Shown: in pieces, positions 18,312-28,425 of the stretch
Position numbering within the stretch: position 1 is the first letter of the stretch
Layout of the letters: each line of letters opens with the position of its first letter
Origin: Chitinophagaceae bacterium
Lineage (GTDB): Bacteria > Bacteroidota > Bacteroidia > Chitinophagales > UBA10324
Length of the DNA: 64,000 nucleotides
Assembly (NCBI GenBank): GCA_947469485.1
Contig: CANIPU010000004.1
Span: 27,537-91,536, forward strand
Reading direction: 5' to 3'
Made by a program: the position numbers and the translations under genes
The notes under the pieces: model-generated
Seen by the model: the letters and a program-made list of their open reading frames with translations, nothing else
Told to the model about the DNA's origin: nothing
The model's database searches: none

Positions 18312-19076
18312 TTATTTTAAAGGAAGTTCAATGCTGAATTTTGTTCCAACCTTTTGAGTTGAAAGAACATCTATTTTTCCTCCTAACATTTGTACGCGTT
18401 GAAATATTTTTTTCAACCCCAAACCCCGGGGGTTATGCAATTCTTTTTGATAATTGAACCCGATTCCATCATCAGAAATTTCAATAAGCAACTTTGAACC
18501 ATGCTGATAAATAAAAATACTAGAGTTAACAGCTTTGGAATGATACATTATATTTTTAAGTAGTTCCTGTAAAATACGATAAGCAGTAGTTTCTAATGCT
18601 ATTGGTAAACTTATTTCTGAATTAATGATATGAATCTTAATTGCCAATAGTGCTGAATCGTTAATTCTATTGACGAGATTATTTATTGCATTGGTTAAAC
18701 CAAAATCCATATTCATGGGCATTTCATGGTGGGCAAGATTTCTGATCTGTTCAATTGCTTCATCCAATAAATTTACTCCTGAGTTAAATGATTCTTTTGA
18801 TTCAGGCGATAAACTGGATGCATCTTTTTCGAAAGCTGAAAACTTTAATTTAATTCCTGAAAGCATTGAACCCAATTCATCATTAAGGTATTCTGCAAAT
18901 CTTCTTCGTTCTAATTCTTCAGTTTGAATTAGAGTATCAATCCAATCTAATTTTTCATTAAACGGATGATGATGATTCCCTGCCTGTTGCAACATACGGC
19001 CGGCTTCAAGTAGTTTTTTTAATGAAGAAACTTTTTCTTCATTCATTTCTTTGCCGGGTTCTGCAATTGTTGCCAT
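18312..19076 (-). CDS. cytoplasmic HisKA_3/HATPase_c histidine-kinase-like protein lacking a sensor domain, TM segments and the phospho-accepting His (Asn instead)
   Basis: 254 aa. The H-box position reads ELERRRFAEYLNDELGSMLSG, against the family consensus ER.RIAR.LHD..gQ.L. The Asn codon AAT is at 18884-18882. The ATP-lid motifs are intact: N-box RILQELLKNIMYHSKA, G1 DDGIGF and G2 GLGLKKIFQRVQMLGG. Confidence 0.8.
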   Translation of the reverse strand: MATIAEPGKEMNEEKVSSLKKLLEAGRMLQQAGNHHHPFNEKLDWIDTLIQTEELERRRFAEYLNDELGSMLSGIKLKFSAFEKDASSLSPESKESFNSGVNLLDEAIEQIRNLAHHEMPMNMDFGLTNAINNLVNRINDSALLAIKIHIINSEISLPIALETTAYRILQELLKNIMYHSKAVNSSIFIYQHGSKLLIEISDDGIGFNYQKELHNPRGLGLKKIFQRVQMLGGKIDVLSTQKVGTKFSIELPLK

Positions 19077-19220
19077 TCTGAAAGTTAATTTAACTTATAA
19101 TGTTTGTGAAAGTATATGTTGTATTTGGTGATGGCGGAATTGAAAATTTAATTGATTCACATTGTATTCGTTGATATTTTTACATAGTTGACACAATGTT
19201 CATCGTACATTTCAAGCCGA

Positions 19221-21935
19221 ATGAAAAAAAGGTTTTTTGCTTTTCTTATAACTCTTCTGGGACTAACTCATAACTCTGATGCTTCAACCTATTATCTTTC
19301 ATCAAGTTCAGGGGATGATAATTATTCAGGGCTATATCCTGATTCAGCATGGCTGAGCCTGGATAAATTAAATTCTATTACTCTTTTTCCTGGCGACTCA
19401 GTTTTATTAAAATGTGATGATACTTTTTATGGAACCATTATTATTTCTAACTCAGGAAGTTTCAGCTTGCCTATTTATTTTGGAAAGTTTGGAACAGGTT
19501 CATTACCTGTAATTACAGGATTTAAAAAATTAACAGGATTTTCACAAATTGGAAATATTTTTTCTGTTCAGGATACCAGTTTTGTGAGGAGTATATGGTT
19601 GAATGGAAAATGGATGCAGCCAGCCAGATATCCAAACAAAGGGTTTATTTCGACTTTGAGTTTGGGGGTTAATAATATTGTTTATAATAACTTATTAAAT
19701 CAACAAAACGGATATTGGGATAATTCTACAGTTGCGATCAGATCAAGCGGAATCAAATATGAAATGAGCTTAGTTGATACTTTTTTACAAGGTGCAGCCA
19801 TATTATCTCAGCCTACGCAATACTTAATTCCTCAATTTTCTGGTTTCTTTTTTTACAATAAATTTGCAGAACTCGATACTATTAACGAATGGTATTGTGA
19901 TACTTTGAATAATTCTGTAAATATTATTCCTCCATCAGGAATAAGTATAAATATTGCTTTGGTTGAGGCATCGATTTTAGATTATGGTTTTTATGCAGGA
20001 ATTGATGCTAGTAATTTAGTTATTGAGGGTATTGAATTTAATGGTCAAGCAAAAGACGCTATCCATTTTCAAGGGTTAGCTACTGGAATAAAAATTCAAA
20101 ATAATCATTTCAAGAAATGTAAAGAAAGAGCGATAGCTTTTAAGCAAACAACTTTATATTGTCAATTAATTAATAATAAAATAGAAGATTGTAGCGGAGA
20201 TGGTGTGTTCTCTGAATTTTTTTTTCATTGTAGAATTGAGAATAATGTAATTTCAAGAATTGGGTTGCAGGAAGGTTTTGGACTGGAAAATACAAGTCAA
20301 GGCATTGGCCTTTATTTATATGGAGCTATTTATGATACAATCATTAATAATATTATTGATAGTTGTGGTTATGGGGGTATTACCTTGTTTAATAAGTATA
20401 ATAGAATTGAAAATAATTTCCTAAACCATTGTATGTTAAAACTAAATGGAGGTGGTGCAATGATTTTTTACAACATGGAATCTAATTATAACTATATATC
20501 AAAGAATTTTATTTTAAACACGAATGGAAATATTGACGGAACAACTCTTTCTACAAAAACATCTTTCGGAATTTATTTTGCTGATAATATTCGTTATGAT
20601 TCTGTAATACATAACACCATAATAAATTCAGATTCTTATGGCATATATATCGGACCAAATAATCACAATCATTTTTTTATAGACAATGTATTATATAATA
20701 ATCAGAAAGGACAAGTTTTCATAAATGACGGAAACACAACAAATTCAACTTATCAAATAAAACTGCAAAAAAATATTTTTTATTCGTTAAGCGACAAACA
20801 AAAGGTTATTCAATTTGCAGGAAAAAACTATAACTTTTTTCCGATTAAAGGCGATAGTAATTATTACTGTAATCCATATGATTATTTTCCAATATATCAG
20901 CAAACAGATTTTGATACTATCATCAGAGATAGAGCTTTTCCGCTTGCAGATTGGAGACTAATTACTTCGCAGGATTCAAACAGCCATGTTTCAAAAGTTG
21001 ATTGGCAGAATTATTATGTTACAGACACTACAGGTCTTGATTTGGTTGAGAACGGAAATTTCTCAAACAATTTTGATGGTTGGAACGCTGAACCGGTAAA
21101 TAATAATATGTTATTGCTTGATAATTTAACAATGATGGACGGAGGTTGTGTTAAATTTAAAATAACAGATACGATTCCAAATCCGTGGGCAAAAATTGTT
21201 TCAAATGATTTTGCTTTGCAAACTGATCAATTTTATCAAGTGTCATTTTCATCTTCAGGATTAATTGAAGGTATACTCCATTCCGACATTAAGCAACAAC
21301 ACCCACCATATAATCCAGTTGGATTTGATAAATTTTTTCCAAATAAGTCAAGCCGAGTTGACTATAACAATATTTTTTCCAGTTCTCAATATGATTCGCC
21401 GCTTGCTTTAAATTTCGAGCTGTCTAAAAGTGATTCCCTGGTTTATTTTGATAATATTCATTTGTTTCCAGTTAGTGTCTTTAAGCATGATTCGACGCGT
21501 ATGTCAGTTTTAATAATGAATTATTCGCCAAACATTGTTTCGGTGCCACTTGGTGCTGATTCCATTTTTCGTGATTTGGATGGAAATATTGTAACAGGTT
21601 CATATTCATTGAACCCATATTCGTCTTATGTATTGGTGTTAGATTCACCTTTAAATCTTGTTAAAGTTAAGGAAATACAATCGCAAATAAATTCAATTAA
21701 AGTGTTTCCAAATCCAGTGCAATCTTATTATGGAAATGTAAATGTTCAATTACCGGATTCTGATAAATATCATTATGAAGTGCACGATTTAATGGGGAGA
21801 AAAATTCTGGAGGGGCAATTTTCCGGATTAACGAACAATGTTGTTTCATTAAAAAATACAGCAGCAGGTGTTTACATATTAACGGTTCATTCTTCAAATA
21901 AAATATGGCAACAAAAAATTGTTGTTGTAAATTGA
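19221..21935 (+). CDS. secreted right-handed parallel beta-helix (pectin-lyase-fold) repeat protein with a CBM4/9-like module and T9SS type A CTD
   Basis: I chose the ATG at 19221 (MKKRFFAFLITLLGLTHNSDAS signal peptide) over the TTG at 19188 in the track. The body has repeated I-x-N-N / G-I-x-L beta-helix rungs (IQNNHF, INNKIEDC, IENNVISR, IINNIIDSCGYGGI, IENNFLNH, VIHNTIINSDSYGIYI). LVENGNFSNNFDGWN is CBM-like. The C-terminus KVFPNPVQSYYGNVNVQL...HDLMGRKIL...GVYILTV is a CTD. Confidence 0.8.
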   Translation: MKKRFFAFLITLLGLTHNSDASTYYLSSSSGDDNYSGLYPDSAWLSLDKLNSITLFPGDSVLLKCDDTFYGTIIISNSGSFSLPIYFGKFGTGSLPVITGFKKLTGFSQIGNIFSVQDTSFVRSIWLNGKWMQPARYPNKGFISTLSLGVNNIVYNNLLNQQNGYWDNSTVAIRSSGIKYEMSLVDTFLQGAAILSQPTQYLIPQFSGFFFYNKFAELDTINEWYCDTLNNSVNIIPPSGISINIALVEASILDYGFYAGIDASNLVIEGIEFNGQAKDAIHFQGLATGIKIQNNHFKKCKERAIAFKQTTLYCQLINNKIEDCSGDGVFSEFFFHCRIENNVISRIGLQEGFGLENTSQGIGLYLYGAIYDTIINNIIDSCGYGGITLFNKYNRIENNFLNHCMLKLNGGGAMIFYNMESNYNYISKNFILNTNGNIDGTTLSTKTSFGIYFADNIRYDSVIHNTIINSDSYGIYIGPNNHNHFFIDNVLYNNQKGQVFINDGNTTNSTYQIKLQKNIFYSLSDKQKVIQFAGKNYNFFPIKGDSNYYCNPYDYFPIYQQTDFDTIIRDRAFPLADWRLITSQDSNSHVSKVDWQNYYVTDTTGLDLVENGNFSNNFDGWNAEPVNNNMLLLDNLTMMDGGCVKFKITDTIPNPWAKIVSNDFALQTDQFYQVSFSSSGLIEGILHSDIKQQHPPYNPVGFDKFFPNKSSRVDYNNIFSSSQYDSPLALNFELSKSDSLVYFDNIHLFPVSVFKHDSTRMSVLIMNYSPNIVSVPLGADSIFRDLDGNIVTGSYSLNPYSSYVLVLDSPLNLVKVKEIQSQINSIKVFPNPVQSYYGNVNVQLPDSDKYHYEVHDLMGRKILEGQFSGLTNNVVSLKNTAAGVYILTVHSSNKIWQQKIVVVN

Positions 21936-21942
21936 ACAACTT

Positions 21943-24261
21943 ATGGGTGAATTGAAAGAAAACAAGAAGGAACTGTTTGTAAGTGAAAAAAATATTTCAT
22001 TGGTAAATAATATTGAATCTATAAAGAAGGAGGCCTCTGATTCAATTACAAATCTTGAAAGGAAAGAAGTTTTAAAACAATATCGGAACTTATTATTGGC
22101 GTTAAAGCCTCAGATGCAAAAAGGTGACCATAAACAAATTCGCCTTGCTTTTGAAATGGCTCTTGAAGCTCACAAAGAAATGAGAAGGAGAAGTGGTGAG
22201 CCATATATTCTGCATCCGCTTGCTGTTGCTCAAATTGTTGCAAAAGAAATTGGCCTCGGCCCTGTTGGTGTGATATGCGCATTGTTGCACGATGTGGTTG
22301 AAGATACCGAAATTACATTGGAAGATATAGAACGCGAGTTCGGAAAAAAGGTAAAAGAAATAATTGATGGGCTCACAAAAATTGCAGTGATTTTTGATCA
22401 GCATGGTTTTGTGCAAGCAGAAAATATCAGAAAGATTTTGCTTACGCTCGCAAAGGATGTTCGTGTTATTTTAATCAAGCTTGCTGATCGTTTGCACAAC
22501 ATGCGCACTATGGATTCAATGCCGCGCAACAAGCAATTAAAAATTGCATCCGAAACAGTTTATTTATATGTACCTCTCGCACATCGTCTTGGGTTGTATG
22601 CTATTAAAACTGAGTTAGAAGATCTTTCCCTTAAATATTCTGAACCTAAAATATATAAGCAAATAACAATAAAGCTAGCTGATTCAAAAAAAGAAAGGGA
22701 TAAGTACATAAATGAATTTATAAAACCTGTTAAAGAAGAAATACCGGCACACGATATTAAAAAATTTGAAATTTTCGGCAGACCAAAATCTATTTCTTCA
22801 ATTTGGAGGAAGATGAAAGAGCAAGGAGTTCCTTTTGATGAGGTATACGATAAGTTTGCAATAAGAATTATTATAGATTCTGAAATTGAAAATGAAAAGG
22901 CCGATTGTTGGCGAGTATATTCTGTTGTTACAGATTTTTATCACCCCAACCCTGATCGTTTGCGAGACTGGATTTCAACTCCAAAAGCAAATGGGTATGA
23001 AGCATTGCACACAACTGTAATGGGGCCCAAAGGGAAATGGGTGGAGGTTCAGATTAGAACAAGGCGAATGGATGAAATAGCTGAAAGGGGGTATGCGGCA
23101 CATTGGAAATACAAAGAGAAGGAAAAAGAAAAACAAACCGGAGAATCAGCAGTAGATGATTGGCTAAGAAGCATTCGTGAATTATTAGAAAATCCGGATA
23201 CAAATACTCTTGATTTTATTGACGATTTTAAGTTAAACCTTTTTGCAGATGAAATTTATGTATTCACTCCTAAAGGAGATATGAAAGTATTACCTAAAAA
23301 CTCAACGATACTTGATTTTGCTTTTGAAATTCACTCAGATGTTGGATACAGATGTATTGGGGCTAAATTGAATCAAAAAATTGTCCCAATTTCTCATCGC
23401 TTAAATAATGGAGATCAAGTTGAAATTTTGACTTCAAAAAAAATGAAGCCATCTGAAGACTGGATGAGTAATGTTGTTACTGCAAAAGCAAAGTCAAAGC
23501 TTAAAGATATTTTTAGAGAAGAGCGCCGTCGGATTATTTCTATTGGAAAAAAAGCTCTTGAAAATATTTTCAGAGAATACAAGGTGAATTTTAATAATCC
23601 GAATCTTAATAAGCTTTTAGGTTTTTATAAACTCACAAATCTTAATGATTTGTATTACAGCATTGGTGTCGGAAATTTTCACATAAGTGAGATTCAGAAT
23701 TTTGTAAAACAAGGCGATGAGATTGAATTAAGAAATAAAGAAAAGAAAAGCAGTGTAGATGTTGAACTAGCTATAAAAAATAAATTGCAGCACAATGCCA
23801 ATTTATTTGTTTTTGGTGAAAGTTCTGAAACTGTCGATTATAATTTGGCAGAATGTTGTAAGCCAATTCCTGGTGATGATGTGTTCGGATTTATCGGCAA
23901 AAATGGCGAGGTGGAAATACACCGCCCAAATTGCCCGAAAGCGATAAATTCAATATCAAAGTATGGATATAAAATTGTGCGAACTAAATGGACCAAACAA
24001 CACCAGATAACTTTTTTAACAGGATTAAAAATTACCGGGATAGATGATGTAGGAGTTATGTATAAAATAACAAATGTTATTTCAGGTGAAGCAAAAATCA
24101 ACATGCAGTCAATTACGATTGAAACAAAAGATGGTTTATTTGAAGGTATAATAAAAGTGTTTGTTAAAGACACTCAACAATTACAGGATTTAATGAATAA
24201 TATGAAAGACCTTGAAGGAATATTAACTGTAACCCGATTTGAAGAAAATCCTGAAGTATAA
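21943..24261 (+). CDS. rel: bifunctional (p)ppGpp synthetase/hydrolase, RelA/SpoT (RSH) family
   Basis: 772 aa. HD hydrolase motifs HPLAVA and LLHDVVEDT. Synthetase motifs GRPKSISSIWRKM, DKFAIRIII, EALHTTV and VEVQIRT. TGS region (IYVFTPKGDMKVLPKNSTILDFAFEIHSDVG) and a C-terminal ACT-like domain. Confidence 0.93.
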   Translation: MGELKENKKELFVSEKNISLVNNIESIKKEASDSITNLERKEVLKQYRNLLLALKPQMQKGDHKQIRLAFEMALEAHKEMRRRSGEPYILHPLAVAQIVAKEIGLGPVGVICALLHDVVEDTEITLEDIEREFGKKVKEIIDGLTKIAVIFDQHGFVQAENIRKILLTLAKDVRVILIKLADRLHNMRTMDSMPRNKQLKIASETVYLYVPLAHRLGLYAIKTELEDLSLKYSEPKIYKQITIKLADSKKERDKYINEFIKPVKEEIPAHDIKKFEIFGRPKSISSIWRKMKEQGVPFDEVYDKFAIRIIIDSEIENEKADCWRVYSVVTDFYHPNPDRLRDWISTPKANGYEALHTTVMGPKGKWVEVQIRTRRMDEIAERGYAAHWKYKEKEKEKQTGESAVDDWLRSIRELLENPDTNTLDFIDDFKLNLFADEIYVFTPKGDMKVLPKNSTILDFAFEIHSDVGYRCIGAKLNQKIVPISHRLNNGDQVEILTSKKMKPSEDWMSNVVTAKAKSKLKDIFREERRRIISIGKKALENIFREYKVNFNNPNLNKLLGFYKLTNLNDLYYSIGVGNFHISEIQNFVKQGDEIELRNKEKKSSVDVELAIKNKLQHNANLFVFGESSETVDYNLAECCKPIPGDDVFGFIGKNGEVEIHRPNCPKAINSISKYGYKIVRTKWTKQHQITFLTGLKITGIDDVGVMYKITNVISGEAKINMQSITIETKDGLFEGIIKVFVKDTQQLQDLMNNMKDLEGILTVTRFEENPEV

Positions 24262-24287
24262 ATAATTGTATAATTATCAAAAGTATT

Positions 24288-24761
24288 ATGAAACAGAACG
24301 AATTATTGAAGCAGGTAAAAGAGTTTTTTACTCAATACCTTGAAGATAAAAAGCAACGAAAAACTCCTGAGCGCTATACTATTCTTGAGGAAATTTATCG
24401 AAGAAATGATCATTTTGATGCTGAGAAATTATTTCTGGATTTAAATAAAAAAGATCACCATATCAGCCGAGCAACAGTTTATAATACATTGGATTTATTG
24501 TTGAGTTGTCAATTGGTTAAGAAGCACCAATTTGATAACAATCAGGCGCTTTATGAAAAATCATTTGGATATAAACAACATGATCATATCATTTGTAAAG
24601 AGTGTCATAAAGTTGTTGAGTTTTGCGATCCGCGTATTCATCAGATTACCACAAAAATGGGCGAATTGTTAAAATTTAAAATTGACAATCATACATTAAT
24701 TCTTTATGGGTTATGTGAGCGATGTGAAAAAAAAAGAAATCTTTTTATTAAATCCAACTGA
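24288..24761 (+). CDS. fur: Fur-family transcriptional repressor
   Basis: 157 aa. Winged-helix part ISRATVYNTLDLL. Metal sites HDHIICKECHKVVEF and CERC (CxxC ... CxxC structural zinc). Confidence 0.85.
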   Translation: MKQNELLKQVKEFFTQYLEDKKQRKTPERYTILEEIYRRNDHFDAEKLFLDLNKKDHHISRATVYNTLDLLLSCQLVKKHQFDNNQALYEKSFGYKQHDHIICKECHKVVEFCDPRIHQITTKMGELLKFKIDNHTLILYGLCERCEKKRNLFIKSN

Positions 24762-24885
24762 TATTATTAATTGAAACAAGTCCATCAACTTATAATAAAA
24801 TTATTGTTTGTAACTATTGTTTTGATTTCTCATTGTTCAACATCAATTTCAGCGACTCAAATAATCATTAAATAAAAATAGTTGA

Positions 24886-26169
<1,284 letters not shown>

Positions 26170-26240
26170 AAAAATAATTCAAAAAAAATTTTGAACATTC
26201 AAAAACACTTTCAAAATTTACAGCACATTCATCAACACAC

Positions 26241-26492
26241 ATGAAAAAACCTTCTACCAAATCATCAGGCAAAACTTCCGCCAAAAGCGCTGCGCCGAAG
26301 AAAGCCGCTAAACCATCTGTTGCAGCCGGAAAAAAGAGTTCCGGAAAGTCACCGAAACCAGTAAACAAAAAGAAACAAGACGATGATGAAGATTTAGATG
26401 AATCTAATCTAGAGTTAGAAGAAGATTTTGATCTTGATGATGATTTTACAAAATTGGATAATGACGATGATGACGATGACGATGATTACTAG
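26241..26492 (+). CDS. small bipolar low-complexity protein: Lys/Ala/Ser/Pro-rich (histone-H1-like) N-half and poly-acidic C-half
   Basis: 83 aa. The protein reads MKKPSTKSSGKTSAKSAAPKKAAKPSVAAGKKSSGKSPKPVNKKK followed by QDDDEDLDESNLELEEDFDLDDDFTKLDNDDDDDDDDY. It occupies its own intergenic slot between purA and the pabB-like gene. Confidence 0.55.
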   Translation: MKKPSTKSSGKTSAKSAAPKKAAKPSVAAGKKSSGKSPKPVNKKKQDDDEDLDESNLELEEDFDLDDDFTKLDNDDDDDDDDY

Positions 26493-26513
26493 TCGTCATA
26501 TATAAATATTTTA

Positions 26514-27815
26514 ATGAAAAATTTAAACGGCAATTCTGAAAATAAAGGAGTTGCCGTTTTTTTTATTCCTGATATAAAATCTTTTAAGCAAAGATCTTTG
26601 CTTTGGGCTCAACAATATTCTATAGTTGCAGCGCTTGATAATAACCTAAACAAAAATCAACTGTTTCAGTCCAATGAATTTCTATTGGCTGTTGGTGCAA
26701 AAGATGAAATTTCAGAATCAAATAATTGTTTTTCGGCTATTCATGATTTTTTTAACAAAAGGAATGAATGGAAATTCGGGTTTCTTTGTTACGACATAAA
26801 AAATGAAATTGAAGATTTGCAATCAAAGAATGAAGAGCAATTAAAATTTCCTTTAACACATTTTTTTAATCCTGAAACATTAATTCGTATAACCGGCAGT
26901 GAAGCTGAAATAATTTCATCACATAAAAATGTGACAGAAATTTTTTATGAAATAAATAGTGTTTCAATTTCAGAAAAGCATACTTCATTATTTCCCGAAA
27001 TTAAAACTACAATGCCTGATGAAGATTATTTAATGAAAGTTGAAAAAATTAAAGAGTATATCACTGAAGGTGATGTGTATGAATTAAACTTATGCCGTGA
27101 ATTTTATTGTGAAAATTATAAATGTGATCCACTGCAATTATATTTTAAATTAAATGAAACTTCTCTCGCGCCATACTCAGTATTTTACAAACTACATAGC
27201 AAATATTTATTATGTGCTAGTCCTGAGCGATTTCTTAAAAAAGATGCAACAAAAATTATTTCTCAGCCAATAAAGGGAACGATCAGAAGGAGTGAGGATG
27301 AGCAAATGGACATTCAACTTCGAAGCAAATTGTTGAATAGTGAAAAGGACCGGACCGAAAATGTTATGATAGTTGATTTGGTTCGGAATGATTTATCTCG
27401 AAGTTGTGTTGCGGGAAGTGTTATTGTTGAGGAGTTGTTTGGCATATATACTTATCCTAAGGTTCATCAAATGGTTTCAACCGTTTGTGGTGATTTGAGA
27501 AATGAAATTGCAATTTCTGATGCTTTAAAGAATGCCTTCCCTATGGGAAGTATGACCGGTGCACCTAAGATCAGAGCGATGCAATTAATTGATGAACTTG
27601 AAAATTCAAAACGAGGATTATTTTCTGGTGCTGTCGGATATATTACTCCTGAAAACGATTTTGATTTTAATGTGGTGATACGAAGTATTCTTTATGATGC
27701 TGAAAACAAATATTTATCATTTTCTGCCGGCGGAGCAATTACTATTGATTCAAACCCTCAATCAGAACTGGAAGAAATTTTGTTAAAAACCGAAGCTGTT
27801 AGGAATATTCTATAA
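26514..27815 (+). CDS. pabB: aminodeoxychorismate synthase component I / anthranilate synthase component I family (chorismate-binding enzyme)
   Basis: 433 aa. Chorismate-binding domain motifs: GDVYELNLCREF, SPERFLK, KGTIRR, ENVMIVDLVRND, FPMGSMTGAPK and RGLFSGAVGY. Confidence 0.85.
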   Translation: MKNLNGNSENKGVAVFFIPDIKSFKQRSLLWAQQYSIVAALDNNLNKNQLFQSNEFLLAVGAKDEISESNNCFSAIHDFFNKRNEWKFGFLCYDIKNEIEDLQSKNEEQLKFPLTHFFNPETLIRITGSEAEIISSHKNVTEIFYEINSVSISEKHTSLFPEIKTTMPDEDYLMKVEKIKEYITEGDVYELNLCREFYCENYKCDPLQLYFKLNETSLAPYSVFYKLHSKYLLCASPERFLKKDATKIISQPIKGTIRRSEDEQMDIQLRSKLLNSEKDRTENVMIVDLVRNDLSRSCVAGSVIVEELFGIYTYPKVHQMVSTVCGDLRNEIAISDALKNAFPMGSMTGAPKIRAMQLIDELENSKRGLFSGAVGYITPENDFDFNVVIRSILYDAENKYLSFSAGGAITIDSNPQSELEEILLKTEAVRNIL

Positions 27816-27868
27816 ATATTGTTCTCCAAATAATATTTCATTTTATTTTGCGCAATTAAATATTTAAA

Positions 27869-28318
27869 ATGAGAAAAGTACAAAACGGCGACACAGTGAA
27901 AGTTCACTATCACGGCACATTAGCAAGCGGCGAAATTTTTGACTCTTCAGAAGGTCGCGCTCCACTCGAATTTAAAGTTGGCGAAGGTCAGGTTATTGCC
28001 GGCTTTGACAATGCATTGATTGATATGGAAGTTGGTCAATCAAAAAAGGTGGAAATTCCAATGATCGAGGCTTATGGAGAAGCGCATGACGAAATGATTT
28101 TAAAATTTCCAAAGGCAAATTTCCCCGCTGATTTCACTCCAGAATTGGGAATGAGTTTGCAGATGCAAGACCAGCAAGGAAATCCTGTTCCGGTAATTGT
28201 TGTGGGAATTGAAGAAGAAGTAATAGTGCTTGATGCCAATCATCCACTCGCCGGTCGCGATTTAATTTTTCAGATTGAATTAGTGGAAATTGCAGGAGGG
28301 AAAATAATTATACCTTAA
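27869..28318 (+). CDS. slyD: FKBP-type peptidyl-prolyl cis-trans isomerase, SlyD-like (with inserted IF/chaperone flap, no His-rich tail)
   Basis: 149 aa. VKVHYHGTLASGEIFDSS...LEFKVGEGQVIAGFDNALIDMEVG, and C-terminal DANHPLAGRDLIFQIELVEI. Confidence 0.85.
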   Translation: MRKVQNGDTVKVHYHGTLASGEIFDSSEGRAPLEFKVGEGQVIAGFDNALIDMEVGQSKKVEIPMIEAYGEAHDEMILKFPKANFPADFTPELGMSLQMQDQQGNPVPVIVVGIEEEVIVLDANHPLAGRDLIFQIELVEIAGGKIIIP

Positions 28319-28425
28319 TTATTCTGTGATTACCTGAATCATTAAATCAGACACTCGCATTATTTAATATGCCGATATCCTTTCACTGATTATCGTTCAC
28401 AGTAATAAGTTATTTTTAGGCAATC

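Noticed and set aside
24261-24285. Fur-box-like AT-rich sequence (AATAATTGTATAATTATCAAAAG) directly upstream of fur
   Set aside because: It has partial similarity to the nATwAT hexamer repeats of classical Fur boxes. In a genome this AT-rich, such matches arise by chance, and the Bacteroidota Fur consensus is not one I can verify from memory. I do not report it as a feature.
26401-26492. GAT/GAC-rich trinucleotide run as a microsatellite
   Set aside because: It is in frame and encodes the poly-Asp tail of the 83-aa ORF. It mixes GAT and GAC codons rather than being a pure repeat, so I treat it as coding low-complexity sequence. Slippage-driven length variation is still possible.
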